NCBI GenBank assembly: GCA_002189035.1
Contig: NEEC01000009.1
Location: 62,001-126,000 of the forward strand
Direction: 5' to 3'
DNA from: Utricularia gibba
Taxonomy: Eukaryota > Plantae > Magnoliophyta
Length of the DNA: 64,000 nucleotides
Of this stretch, positions 24,801-37,568 are shown piece after piece. The position numbers were made by a program, and so were the translations under genes. A model generated the notes under the pieces. That model did not search any database. It worked only from the letters and a program-made list of their open reading frames with translations, and was not told the origin of the DNA. Each line of letters starts with the position of its first letter. Positions within the stretch are counted from its first letter, which is position 1.

Positions 24801-26650
24801 CGTAGACGCAACTCTCACAAGGAGACAGACCAATGAATCCATCAATCAGTCCTCTACTAGACAGTCGTTGCATCCCAGCTGCTGATAAGTGGCCAAGTCT
24901 CTTGTGCCACAGCTCATATGTTGTAGTCTGCTCAGTCACCGTATTGAGCATCTGTGGATCATAACGCATGTCTGTGCGATATAATTGCCCAACCATATGA
25001 CCCTTTGGCAACAACCATGGACCCTCGAATTACCTTCCACACTTGGGAACCAAAACTATGCCGTTAACCATCCACATCTAATTGTCCCACAAATAGTAGA
25101 TTAACCCGCAAGGATGGCACATGTCACACACCTTTTAACCTTAGCTGCATTCTCAAGTTTGTTACTAGTTGTAGATCACTAATGCCTGCAATATCCGAGG
25201 TAGATTGATTTCTCATTTTGACAGTGGCACCCGAGCAGCGTGTATAGTTTATCAATCCATTAGCATTGGAAATAGCATGAAAAGAAGCAGCAGAACCAAC
25301 AAACCATAAGTTTTCCAGCCTTGTCTCACCCGCCTCAGCTGCTAGCAGGACTAAAAATCATCCTCCGTAGTATTTAGATATGTAGTAGTGCTGTTCTCTG
25401 TGCATTCTTTTGTTTGCCACTCTTTCTCCTTCTGTTGCGATTGCTTATATCCACGACAGTCTCTACATAGATGCCCCTTCTTACCACAATGAAAGCAAGA
25501 GCGAGATTCATACCTCTTCTCATATTTACCCTGTTTGCTCTGAGATTTGTCTCTCTGAATTGGCTTCTCTCTCATTTTCTGTCTATGGTGTTCTTTTGAC
25601 CTACCTCGCGATTTTCCATCACTATACGCCAAAGTTCCCGATGACAAAGAACTTCTATCCAGATTTGTGCTCTTTCTCCGAAGCTCCTCTTGCACTAACA
25701 CAGTCGCAATAGCATCATACCGCATCCCCCCACTAGATGAGTTACTTAGCATAATGACCAAAGTTTCCCACGACTCTGGTAGTGTATCAAGTAGTTGGAT
25801 TGCTTGGATTTCCTCATTGAAACTCATCTTCACAGACACCATTTGATCCACTATATCTTTGAATCGACTAAGATGTTCAGACATAGAATCACCATCTTTG
25901 TATTTCAGCCAAGACATGCTCTTGTAGAGAGTGAGTTTGTTCAACTCATTATCCGGTCGAAACATCTCCTCTAGCGCTTTCCATAATTGCTGAGAATCTT
26001 TAAACTCGCTGATCCGATGCGATAAATTATTGTCGATACAGAGATTCATAATTGCAACGACCTTCAGATGCAGCTTCTTCCACGTGAGTTCTTCCACACC
26101 TACTGGAAGCACAGCTTTTGAAGTTACCGATTCCTATAGATCTTTTGATTTTGGATCGCCATAAAGAGTAATTTTTTGTGTTCAGCTTCGGTAACCCATG
26201 CTCTGATACCACTTGTTGGAACTTGCTTTCATGGTACCTGCTATGCAGCAAAGCGGTGCTTCTTAGTTTGTAACATGTTGATGAGTTGGACGCAAATTAG
26301 AGACACACGATGTAACCAGGTAAAACCCCCCAAAAAGGGAAACCTCCTAGGCTTGGATCACACCAAGCAAATCAGACACTATGTAATCCAACGTAGTACA
26401 ATATCAAAAACAATCACAACAGCCTTTAGACTGTTTACGCACACACACAATCCTGTAATGTGTTCCTGCTATGTTTTTGGATCACTCCCCACTTATTATC
26501 CCCTCACATTGCTACCCCATGTTCCTCCACTTCAGAACGTGGGCATGATCCAACAACGTGGTCTTCCACATCCAAGCACTAATGCTGCCTAGGTGGCACT
26601 TCCAGCCTGAAAAAATAAGTCAACATATGCATTCATGCCACTCCTTGTTT
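21803..26650 (-). mobile_element. Near-complete Copia element (Tnt1/Tork-like), inactive; LTRs at 21803-~22247 and 26214-~26650
   Basis: Paired LTRs of about 440 bp; PBS TGGTATCAGAGC at 26200-26211; PPT GGGGGAG at about 22250-22256; gag with CFHCGKKGHLCRDC, GAG-pre-integrase LWHKRLGH, integrase, RT (YGLKQAPREW, LYVDDML). RNase H is cut after RSTTG; several frameshifts. Confidence 0.9.
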
Positions 26651-27460
26651 TAGTAGAACACAAGATTGGGGTTGAAGGTATTTTTCTCACAAGTTGGCTC
26701 ATGTGCTTTTTTTTAGAAAAATATAATTTGCCAAGGTTCATACCATTGGGCACACAATTGTTATGTTAGATTTCGAAAGATTTTCTTCTATTCACTTGGA
26801 TTGATTGTACCATCGGTGTTTTTCTTTTGCTTATGGTTTATATTGTCCCATAACATGGTTGTCACTCTTAGCTTCATTATCCTCATCCTTTTTATGATTT
26901 TATTGATTGATAATGCTTTTTGGTTAACCACATTGAAAATATATTGTGCTACATAAACTATTGATAAACAAATGATGCCATTTCAAGTTGGTTTGTCTAT
27001 TGCTACCTCTGATTAAGATATTGCTCTTCTTAGATTATTAATCAAAGAACGAAAAGAAGAAGCAAGATAAAGGTAAATTTTAAATTATCTGCTATATGTT
27101 TTGAGATTGATTTTAAAAGAGATTTGATGAGATACTTGAAGAATTCTGTATTTTTCACTTATTTAGTTAGGAATTTTCATATTAGTATATTATGTATATT
27201 GATCAGATAAGATCATTTAAATGCCTCTTTGTGTTGTATTTGTAATAGAGCATGCTACTTTTGTTCAAATTGTGCATAGATTCATGTTGATGTTTTCAAA
27301 CAATTCAGAACTAATTTTTTTCCTATAGTTTTGTGTCAAACAACGACGACTTAAATGCACTTCTTTTTACACTAAAATTGTGAGAAGAGCTTAGTTTTTC
27401 GATGAATTGGTTGTAGAGGCTGAACCACGTTCATTTCTCACCGTCGATCCATCGAGAGAG

Positions 27461-28776
27461 ATGCACGCGTACGCAGGAATAGGCAACGCTGACTTGGGCG
27501 ACATGAAGCGCGGAGAAATCGATCTGGAGTCTGGACAAGGGCTCTACCCCGGAATTGGAGGAGGAGAGAATCAGTTGCGATGGGGATTCATCCGCAAAGT
27601 GTACGGGATATTGACCACTCAGATCCTCCTTACAACCCTCGTCTCCGCCGTCACCGTTCTTTACGCACCGGTCAACGAACTGCTGCGCGGGAATTCTGGC
27701 TTGCTGTTGTTTCTAATCTTCACGCCTTTCCTATGTAAGCACGATCTTAACTTTTTTTTTTTTTTGTTTCTTTCATTCTCTTTCTGCATTTCTGCGAGAA
27801 TGAGTGATTTGATTCGATGGCGTTCATGGTTAGGTGTCTGAATTTTATCTCTAGATTTTTTGTATCACTGTATTTCAGTACTTTATTCATCTTCGTATGG
27901 TATCTATCTGCTATTTCCTAAATCATCAGACCGATAATTCTTTAAGCGAATCCATTCCGTTGTCACTTGATCCTCGGCAATGGGACGTTAAAAACTGTGC
28001 TGTGTTGGAGAGAAACTTATCTACTTGTTGAACAATGTCTACCTTGCTTTTTGCTGGAATGGGATCATTCCGTTGCTCTAGTGGTTTTGCTACTCTAGTG
28101 CAAGTGATATTGGCTTTGGTATGACACTGATATCTTGGTATCTTCTGTAGTGATGTGGCCTTTGTACATTTATCGTCAGAAGCACCCATTGAATCTACTT
28201 TTCCTTGGACTCTTCACTGCATCTCTGAGCTTCACAGTTGGTGTTAGCTGTGCCAATACCGATGGTTAGTAGACCCATTCACTCCATATCGATCATGAAG
28301 TAGAGTATGATGCGTACAATTGCGTATCCTGAGTTTAATCCCAATATCAGGTACACTTGTGCTGGAAGCCTTAATCTTGACATCAGCTGTAGTTTCAGCT
28401 CTGACTGGGTACACCTTCTGGGCTTCAAAGAAGGGAAAAGACTTCAGCTTCTTGGGGCCAATCTTGTTTGCTTCACTCTTTGCCTTGGTATTAGCGGGAT
28501 TTATTCAGGTAAGTAAAAGCTTATCTCCACGGCATCTGATCACTCCACTCTGATGTGCTTTTTTTCCTGCAGATGGTCTTCCCGTTGGGATCTACCTCCA
28601 CTGTAATCTATAGTGCATTTGGTACGATAATCTTTTCAGGGTACATCGTCTACGACACAGAAAACCTGATCAAGCGCTTCACTTACGATGATTATATATG
28701 GGCATCCGTTACCCTGTATCTCGACATCCTCAATCTCTTCCTTACCATCCTTCGCATGCTGAAGCAGGAGAGCTGA
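27461..28776 (+). CDS. Bax inhibitor-1 family / Lifeguard-like (BI1-like) protein, 249 aa
   Basis: Exons 27461-27734, 28151-28264, 28351-28508 and 28573-28776 give 750 nt in frame; LRWGFIRKVYGIL, QKHPLN, YIVYDT and ASVTLYLDILNLFL motifs. Confidence 0.93.
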
Positions 28777-29307
28777 TCACTCACGGGCGGCCCTTGATGC
28801 TGAAGCAATTGTCTGGTGTGTATGATAGTGGGATTTTTCTTGTGTGTATCAGCCAATTTGCATATGATGATATAACCACGTGCTGTATGATGCCCTTTCC
28901 CCTTGGTGAAACTCAAAATCCCCCTACATGAATGTATCAAAATGCTTTGCAAATATTGTTCTTGGAAATCCTGTCCACTTTAGGCATTGTCCAAACTCCC
29001 AAAATAAAAGAACAGCAAACAAAGTTCAAGATTAATGATGCCAAGTTGAGAAATGTGGATTTATAGGGGGGTCAAAAGGGAATTTCTCCTTTTCTGCAGT
29101 GTAGTCGCGAATTATTAGAAAGTGGTGGGGCAGAAGCTGAACCAACACATGGTCTGCGTGTTTCGTGGTCAGTTCCGCCGTTGCGGGAGTCTCACCTCCG
29201 CTGGTTGAAATTCCTCCGGCTGATGTTGTTCATTCTCTACGCTTCAGCTGGCTGAAGAAAAACTATTTAGGAACATTTCTCTGTTCCAGAAGGGAAGAGA
29301 ATCGACA

Positions 29308-32272
29308 ATGCCTAGCGGTTGTTCTATCAGAGCCCTGTGGGTTATCAGTAATCAAGATTCCGTTATGTTCTCCAGGTACTGTAATTTCTTGTATTTTGTA
29401 CGCATAGGCGTTTAGGCACAGCATCATGAGTTTCGGTTGGCGGTAGAATGACGCGTTTGCAATTTTAGGAAATTTCCGGTGGTAGAAAAGCGGTGGCGGC
29501 TGGCTTGTGAGAAGGAAGCTGGTTATCGTATGTATCGTATGTTGCCCACTGATTTAAAACTGGTTGCTGCTTTAATCGAACGCAAGAAGAGGTTCGTTTG
29601 AATGGAGTTCTCTAATTGTTTGAAAATGGTTGTTTGCTTTTCTTCCCATTTTCCTGCCCAATCAATATCTCGTGTGTTTGTAATCCGATACGGGATCAGT
29701 CGTTACTGGCTTGTTAGGGCATCCTTCTTGACTTTATCTTTATCTTTCGTCTGAAAAACCTAGGGAGGGATCCGCCCGAGGGAATGGCCTACGTTTATAT
29801 GGGCCGAGTAGAGGATCCGATTCATGGGTTGATGACCCAATAATTCGGAATATTATCTGTTTGTCTATCAACGGAGAAGAAAATGGAGAGGATGGTGTCT
29901 TGTGGCCTTTGGTGTTAAACGTGAAGGGTCCTTATTCTATTCTTGTTCTGCCTCTGGTGGAACCACCTCACCTGGAGACCTACGTGAGAATGTGTAGCTC
30001 GCCTGACTGTGCGAGTGTTGTAGGAGCAGATGAAAGCATGTCTTCTCTCCTCCTCGAACTTCCCTCCATCACAGGGTACGGTAAGTTGAAATTTTGCATG
30101 CTTCCTAGAACTTTTATGACCTTCTTCTACGAACTTCTATTGCATAAGACCATTCGTTGTAACTTCTTGAACTCTATTGTACACCCATATTCTCTTCACC
30201 TATTTTTTGCTTATATCGATATGTTTTATTTGAAGGTGCAACTTTGAATATGACAGTGTTCATTTTCCATGTAAATTGATGAATTAGGGCGTTTGCAATT
30301 GCGAATACAATTGGAGATATTGTAAATGGAGAGTCAATGGAGCCTGAAGTAATTATTTCTACAACATCTTCTGTTGGAGGACTCTTGGATTCTTTAACAG
30401 GTGGCATTCCAGGTATATCTACCAGAACAAAACCTGCTGCTGCACCTGCCACTGCATCTGCTGTTTCTGGGACTGCTGTTAGAGGATCTGTGATGTTTGA
30501 AGCCCCAAAGATTGGTTCAAAATCCTTTGACAAGGATTTGCTACGCTCCTTTATCAGCTATGCAATGCCCTTTGGTAACTATTGTCTGCTATTTCCATCG
30601 CATATTTATTTTTTCTTGTTGTTTGGATGGTTATTTTGTTGCATGGTATTATTCTGTTTTTTACTTACGTTGCTTTAGGCTCTCCCTTGGATCTCGGCTA
30701 CTCCAATATTTCTGCTATTAGGAACTCCGGATTTCCTCCAGCTGACATTCCACCTGCAGATCGCAAGCAACCTGCATGGAAACCATATCTTTATAGGGGA
30801 AAGCAACGGATTCTTTTCACAGTCCATGAAAGAGTAAATGCTGCGATGTATGATCGGGATGAGATACCTGACAGGATAACAATTTCTAGCCAGGTAAACT
30901 GCAGAGCTGAGTTAGAAGGACTGCCAGATGTTTCTTTCCCATTTAGGTTGGACAGTGCCGATGTTGAATCATTGTCCTTCCACCCTTGTGCTCAAGTTCC
31001 AGAACATGGAGAAGAAAAACAGATGATAACATTCTGTCCACCGTCAGGGAATTTTGTCTTAATTCGTTATCAATCCCTGTGTTCCCTTGGGCCTCCAGTG
31101 AAAGGGTTTTACCAGCTATCAATGGTGTCAGAAAACGAAGGTGCTTTCTTGTTTAAGTTAAGCCTAATGGAAAATTACAAATCTCCTGTAATAATAGAGT
31201 TCTGTACTGTTACCATGCCTTTTCCAAAGAGAAGAGTTGTTTCATTCGAAGGGACACCATCCATTGGAACTGTTTCAAGTACTGATCACTCAGTGGAATG
31301 GAAAGTAATAGCAAACTCTCGCAGTCTTTCTGGGAAGAATATTGAGGCGAATTTTCCTGGGACAGTTAGATTTGCACCATGGCAAGCTCAAAGATTGTCT
31401 TCAATTGGATCAAAATTTGGTTCTGTGATTGATGAGGAGAGTGATTCCGAGTCGGAATCTACTAGTAATGCTAGTATTGAGGATCACATGGTGGATAGAA
31501 TGAGCAAAGATCTCCTAGCAGCTGATTTGGATGAGCCTTTTTGCTGGAAGGCATACAATTATGCAGAAGTACGTGGTCTACTTTGTTTTACTTCATGTTA
31601 CAAAAAAAAAAAAAAAAGCAGAGAAATGCTTCTAGGAATACAGTTAACTTTTGGCATTTTTATAAAAAAATTACAAAAATCAGCATCCTTGTTACTAGCT
31701 ACCTCAGTATTCACTCTCAGGGAGGCAAATGTTTCATCCTTTACTGAACTATGGGTGTCCAAAACATTATTCATAGCACCGTGTATAGTTCAATGTGTAA
31801 TCTCTGAATTACTCATTGAAGATCATCGATCTGCTCACATGTGTATGCACTCATTGTGGATAGGTTTCATTTAGGATAATGGGAACTTCTTTAACTGGAA
31901 TGCTCATTGACCCTAAATCTGTAAGTTCTTTAAATTGCAGTACCTTACAGAGAAATTCAGCTCTGAGATTTGCTGTGAATAGCCTCAGTTTAATATGCGT
32001 GTCCTGATGCTCTATGCAGGTCAACATATTTCCGTCAGTTAAGGCCCCGGTGGAAGTGACAAACTTGGTAAGCCTATTCTCTCCCTTTCAATGTTTTAAT
32101 CCTGTGAGTGCAAATTGTTATGGTTTTTTAGTGTTGTCTGGAGATCGACCTGCCTTAAACTGTACCTTTTTCAACTAAAAAATGCTTATTCATGTGAATA
32201 AAATAGGTTACCTCTGGGGACTATATACTGTGGAATACATTAGGAAGATGCCCTGTCGCTGCTACACCATGA
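29308..32272 (+). CDS. AP5M1: AP-5 complex subunit mu (adaptor medium chain)
   Basis: Exons 29308-29375, 29469-29591, 29764-30075, 30288-30574, 30679-31568, 31864-31920, 32020-32067 and 32207-32272 splice in frame: MPSGCSIRALW, FPVVEKRW, SWVDDP, mu-homology region KQPAWKPYLYRGKQR, and a C-terminal SGDYILWNTLG. Confidence 0.88.
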
Positions 32273-32646
32273 CTGCAGAATGATCAATGCATTCGTGTCT
32301 TTATTTCTCTTTGCAAATGAAAACCTGCAGAAGGGGAATTTATGAGATTCACATAACCGACCCTCAGATTTTGAGGTGAGTGAAATAAATTTTGAAGAGT
32401 GGCCAGTGTATCCGATGAATAGATTTGAAATGCTTTGTATCCGAAAAATAGGCGGCATTGGTATTATTCTTTTTTCTGACTTCTGAGATACCATTTTTTA
32501 TTACAACGGTGTTACTGATGGGCTTCGAAGCCCTAACATTCGTTGAATATATCACTTTCTTATTGAACAAGGATGGTGTTGGGAAAATACAAGAAGAAAC
32601 AACCATGAAAAGGCCTTGTTCCCAATTGACAAAAGCAATCATCAAA

Positions 32647-34438
32647 TTATTCATGTTTCTGGTAATCAGGATCCATTTGCTCATCCTTTGGTTTTGCGAG
32701 AAATCCATTGCTCTGAGCTTGCATGCCATAGTTTTGCCTACTTGAAGAGGATGAATGATTCATGGGATTGCCAGGCAACGCTGGGAATATCCCATTCATG
32801 CCAACAAAAGCAGGCCCGTAATTTGTATGATTGAGTGGAGGAAAAGTTAATGGAGAATAGACTGAGGCTGCTAAGTTGATGTTCATGTCACTGCTGGATA
32901 GAAAATTGGGTCTCATCAACTCGCTGTAGTCTATCATTTGGGTGTACAACGTCATGTCGGGTACCCTTCTCCGCGCCTTGCTATCATCAAGCCTTGGTGG
33001 ACAAGGAGAGGGATTTGCAGGTGAGGTTGTAACATCGCTAGTGGTACCGTTTTTGTGAGATGGAAGCAAATGGTTGTGCTTCCCTTCATATGTTGTCACC
33101 ACTGACTTGATGTCGTTTGCGGCTCTTTCTATATGTTTTCTTACCAGGCAGCCAGGTGTGGTGCATTTGTAATAGCTCCTACAATCATCGTTGACAATGG
33201 TTTGTTACTACTTCCTAGTTCGATTCAGACTTTAATTAACCAAGATAAGGCAATGCTTTGCATGACTTTTAAGACTAAATTTGCTCAAATAGCATGCAGG
33301 CTTCTGAACTCCGATAGTGGCGTACCTTGGATTTGGATTTCCTTTGACAACCTTCTGGCCGTACTTTCTCCACCTATATCCATCATCAAGAATATCAATC
33401 TCGCTTTCAATTTGCACCACAACTCGCGGCTCTCGCGTCGATGTTGGTAAGATGGCTTCATCTGGGGAACCCCCCGTCTTCCTACAATTTTTAACCGAAT
33501 GTAGGTCAGTGAAACTAAGGAAGCATTGGTGTCACCCCGACTTTGAATCTTACCTTTTCTTAGATTCATATTCACCACTGTCCTCGTTGTCATGGCCTAG
33601 TGACACGCTTTCCTGGCTAGCTTCATTTTGATTATCACTTTGATGATTGGGGGGCACAAAAACCCTTCTCTCGTGTCAACCGACATAGATGAAGAATCAC
33701 CCAAAAATGGATCTGAATTGGTGGTTCCATGATCCTGTCCCAATGCATCTGGTTTTGGAACAGGGGTGGTGAAACAGAGTCCATTGGTGTCAGTGATGAG
33801 ATCTGAGGAGTTGGAGATCTGAGGCTTCGGGTGATTGTGAAAACCCTTATACTCGATCTCTGTGATTTGACCATCGCGAGATCTTTCAACTTTCTTTCTT
33901 ACCGGGCAGTTCATGTTGGTGCATTTGTAATAACTCCTGGGATGCTCACTTCCTTTGACATGCTTCTGTCCATATTTTCTCCAGTAGAATCCATCTTCTG
34001 AATACTTGGCTGCTCCTCTAGCTAAGTAGCTTGCCGTTTTATGGTTAGTTACCTGGGTGTCGTCAATGGAGGAGGCAGCAGCTGATTTCTCGTGCACAGT
34101 ATACCCATCTTTCGTCCCTGTTTCTTGTGAGTCCTCAGTGTCTTCCTATCAGCATAATCCAATATCTCAGCAATACAAATAACTCGAAAAAAAACACTTT
34201 GAAGGAAGCCGAAGCTGACCTGTTCCTTTGGAAACATGATCGGGGAATCAAGCAACGCAGAGGGGCTGATGCCACAAGGAATAGTCAAGCAATGAGAAGA
34301 AAATGAAGAGCCTTGCTGCCCCAATGCCGCATCCGCATTAGTCATTTTACAGGAATCGAAGCCCCTTTGCTGGGCGATATGAGCACCTGGTTCGTCTCGC
34401 TGATCGTTCATTCCCTGGGCATCTCCATTACCCGCCAT
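32647..34438 (-). CDS. Group I WRKY transcription factor (two WRKY domains) with an apparent frameshift near 33650
   Basis: Exons 34438-34220, 34145-33554, 33481-33326 and 33178-32647; two WRKYGQK + C-C-H-H domains; [16 protein letters not shown]. The exon-2 reading frame stops at 33597, while the ESKKR|K donor at 33554 lies in a different frame. Confidence 0.85.
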
Positions 34439-34882
34439 TGCATACGCAGCATCAATTGCCAATCACTTGTTGAGAAGGGTAACCACACATCACATCATTG
34501 TAGGCTGCTACGCCCATCAGAAGAAGACAGATGGGTAGTAATCAAGGGACTGATGAAGGTGTTCCTTAGACTAAAGAAGAAGTGAGGGAAGGAGGGAAGA
34601 AATGTGAGAAGTTAGCGGCAAAGCTGGAAAACAAAACGGCATGGAGGTTTGGTAGATACGTGCGAGATCCGGAGCATTAGGGAACTGAAACTGTACTTGG
34701 CATTCTGGCAGTGGGATTCGGAACGAACTGCTTCACTCAAAACTTGAGAGCACAACATCACAGCCAGATTAATTTGACATCAAATTAATTTGAATTTTCC
34801 CATAGCTTTACGGTTATTTCTGTTTAGCACAAAAAGCCTTTAATCATGCCTCCACTTCAGCATACAAAGGGATCGAAACAGC

Positions 34883-37568
34883 TCACGGCCTCCACGACGC
34901 GGGCGCCGATGGTGTGGGAGGAGACAGCGGCGGTACCGCGCCGAAGATCGAGTTCCTGTTAACTCCGGCGCCACCGCTGGAGGTAAGTGAAACGAGTGCA
35001 GCAACTAGTCCCGCGTTTCCCGCCATGGTGAGCTGTGTATAGTCATAGTTACCACGAGCATCCTGGAAATTGTCGTTGCGATCTGGGCCGCTGACCATTC
35101 CGGTGATATTATTTGGGTTCGGAGTTGCGACGCCGCGCCAGCGCCATCCACCGGTGCATGAGTACTTGGTGTTGTCGGCCGGAATGGACGCTCCCCGGTG
35201 ATGAGCATGGGTCGGGTATTGAGATCCATACCCGATTAAGTAGCTGGTGTTCAGCGGGTTGGAACCCAGTATGTATTTCACCTTTTCCGTGCAACAAGAG
35301 AAAGAATATCGGCTCTTTCACAAGGAACATGTTCAAGAAAAACAAAATGAGTGAATACCTGAGAAGCCGCGAAATCTTTAGCAACTTTTGATGTGAAGAA
35401 AGTGGGTCCGCAGTCCCAACCCGGTACATCGTTCCCATCCAAGTAGTCCGCAAAAATGGATGCTAAAAAGGCTGCGTTCACAACGTACTGCAAATTGGAA
35501 CGCCCTTCAGGATCGTCGCTAAGCAAGATCAATCCCCCTGCATGCCAAGGGTAATTTAACGCTTATTTGCTACCACATTAAACATCACTTTATATTAAAT
35601 AATGCATATTAATTATACATTTAGTAAATAATGAATTTAGTATCCTGAAGTATATATTCACTCAATTTTTTAATTCAAACTTATATTCATAATGAAATAC
35701 AAGTTAATTTATTGGGTGAATTTAGTTTATCTTATAGTGATAAAATACAATATTATTTTAAAATTTTTTTTCTTCCAATTATCTATTACAAGTATTTCAA
35801 TAATACTATATATAAATCTAATTAAAAAAAACATTATTCAAATCATTCATTTTTATGTAAATTAATATCACTCATGTTTAAAATAGAATAAATCCTTACA
35901 ACCTACTTTTTTACTACCTTAAAATGGTCTTTTAGCTCACGTGCACCGTTTCCACACAAAAAAATTATGTCGCTGCAAATTGGCAAGGCGTATGTAATGA
36001 AATAGGATTCGGAAAAGGGGGAATTGATTACCTGGAGTCCAATTGAAGACATTATATTGTTGAAGAAAGGAGCACATGGTGAGTCCGGTGCCGTTATGGT
36101 ACAACCTTAGCATTTCCTCGTACGGATACCCGGGGCCAAGGAAAAGCCTCATTCTCGTCAGGACGAGCATGGCAGCAGGCAGTTTGTTGTCCCAACTCAA
36201 AACCCGCAATCTGGGGCTCCTATCGAAGGCCCCCGCATCGGCGGCTATGTCTGGATTCGTAGCCAGAGACAAGTAAGAAGCATTACCGGTAGCGTAAAAC
36301 AACCATGCAGCTCCCCACATGTGCTCGTCCAAGTACCCCGTGGAGTTGTAGTAAGGCTCGATGTATGGGTTTTGGCGACTGTACAGCGATCTTCTTCCGA
36401 AATCTCTAGCGAACGCGTACACGGTTTCTGCCCAGCGATAAGAGTTTCCGAATAGACAGGGTTGTCATAGAAAACTATGGAGGCTGCGGCCAGGGCAGCC
36501 GCCGTTTCTCCTCCGAGGTCGGGCCCGGCCTCTGTGGCTTGCACCGGCCGAGGGTAATCCATGTCTTCCGGTCTTTCCCAGCAGTACATGTCACTAGGCA
36601 TGGTCGACCCGACTGTCGCCCATTTGATGAGATCCCTAACGTGATCGTACTCTCCGATAGCCCGATACTTGTGCTCGTACTCTATGACGCTCCAGCTAAG
36701 CATCGTCATCGCAAACGAGAGAGGAAAATGAAACTTGGTGTTCTCACCCGAATCGTAATATCCACCAACCAGTCCACCCGGAATATCAGACCCGTCCTCC
36801 AAACCCGAATCGCCCCGCCATTTAATCAGGTTTGCTTGGGGCATCTTCCCCGCTGTGCGCACGCTTGTTTTTTATTAGTCAACTAAAAGAGGACAGCTAA
36901 GATCGTGGGGGCAGTAGCAAAGTCAACCCTTTCATTAATGAGGATTAGTGTTTTTATTAAGAATAGTCCTAGACGCCGAGACATGCAGTTAGTGTTAGAC
37001 TAGAAAAAAAAAACAGTGTTGTTTTCTTATTGATTGATTTAATTTAAAAGCACTTCAATCTTTCAGTCAATCATGAAAAATTGTAAAATTTTGGGTTGAA
37101 AACTAGCAACATGAAATAAGACAAGGGTTGACTTTTGCAATTGAAGAGATTAGAAAGGAGAATGATTGATGGTGGTGGCTTACACTTTTGGGCATCGAAG
37201 AAGAGCAAGGCTTTGTGTAGCGCTTCGGTGTAACTATCCGGCGGCGGAGGCGGTGGCATGTGCCTTGGAGATAGCATGCGGATCATGACGAGTAATCCGA
37301 TCACCACAGACGCTGCGACTATGAACCCGGCAAGCCACTTACATGCCTCCAGGCTACAGACGACGCACCCCAGGTCGACACGATCCTTCTTCTTCTTATT
37401 CTGCTTGTTCCTCGCCGGCGGACCCAACAGCCAGCTTTGGTGGGTTTCATCCACCGGATCCCGATTGGAGTTCCCAATGGCGCCCCTGTCGAAGTCCACG
37501 TTTCCGCCATCTTTCCCCTCTGAAATTCCTCCAAATTCCATTGCTCCTCCCCAGATATCGCTGCGCAT
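34883..37568 (-). pseudogene. KORRIGAN-like membrane-anchored GH9 class A endo-1,4-beta-glucanase, disrupted
   Basis: Exons 37568-37184, about 36856-36032, 35537-35359 and 35281-34883; QSWLLGP, VDLGC, a TM helix, ALHKALLFF and HHRGASIP. One-base frameshift at 36431-36433; an in-frame deletion of about 24 codons after IKW; DAGD reads DSGE and TEPT reads TQLT. Confidence 0.8.

Noticed and set aside
15616-34468. 16-bp identity TTGCCAATCACTTGTT between the CRM solo LTR and the WRKY 5' leader
   Set aside because: Isolated short match with no flanking similarity.
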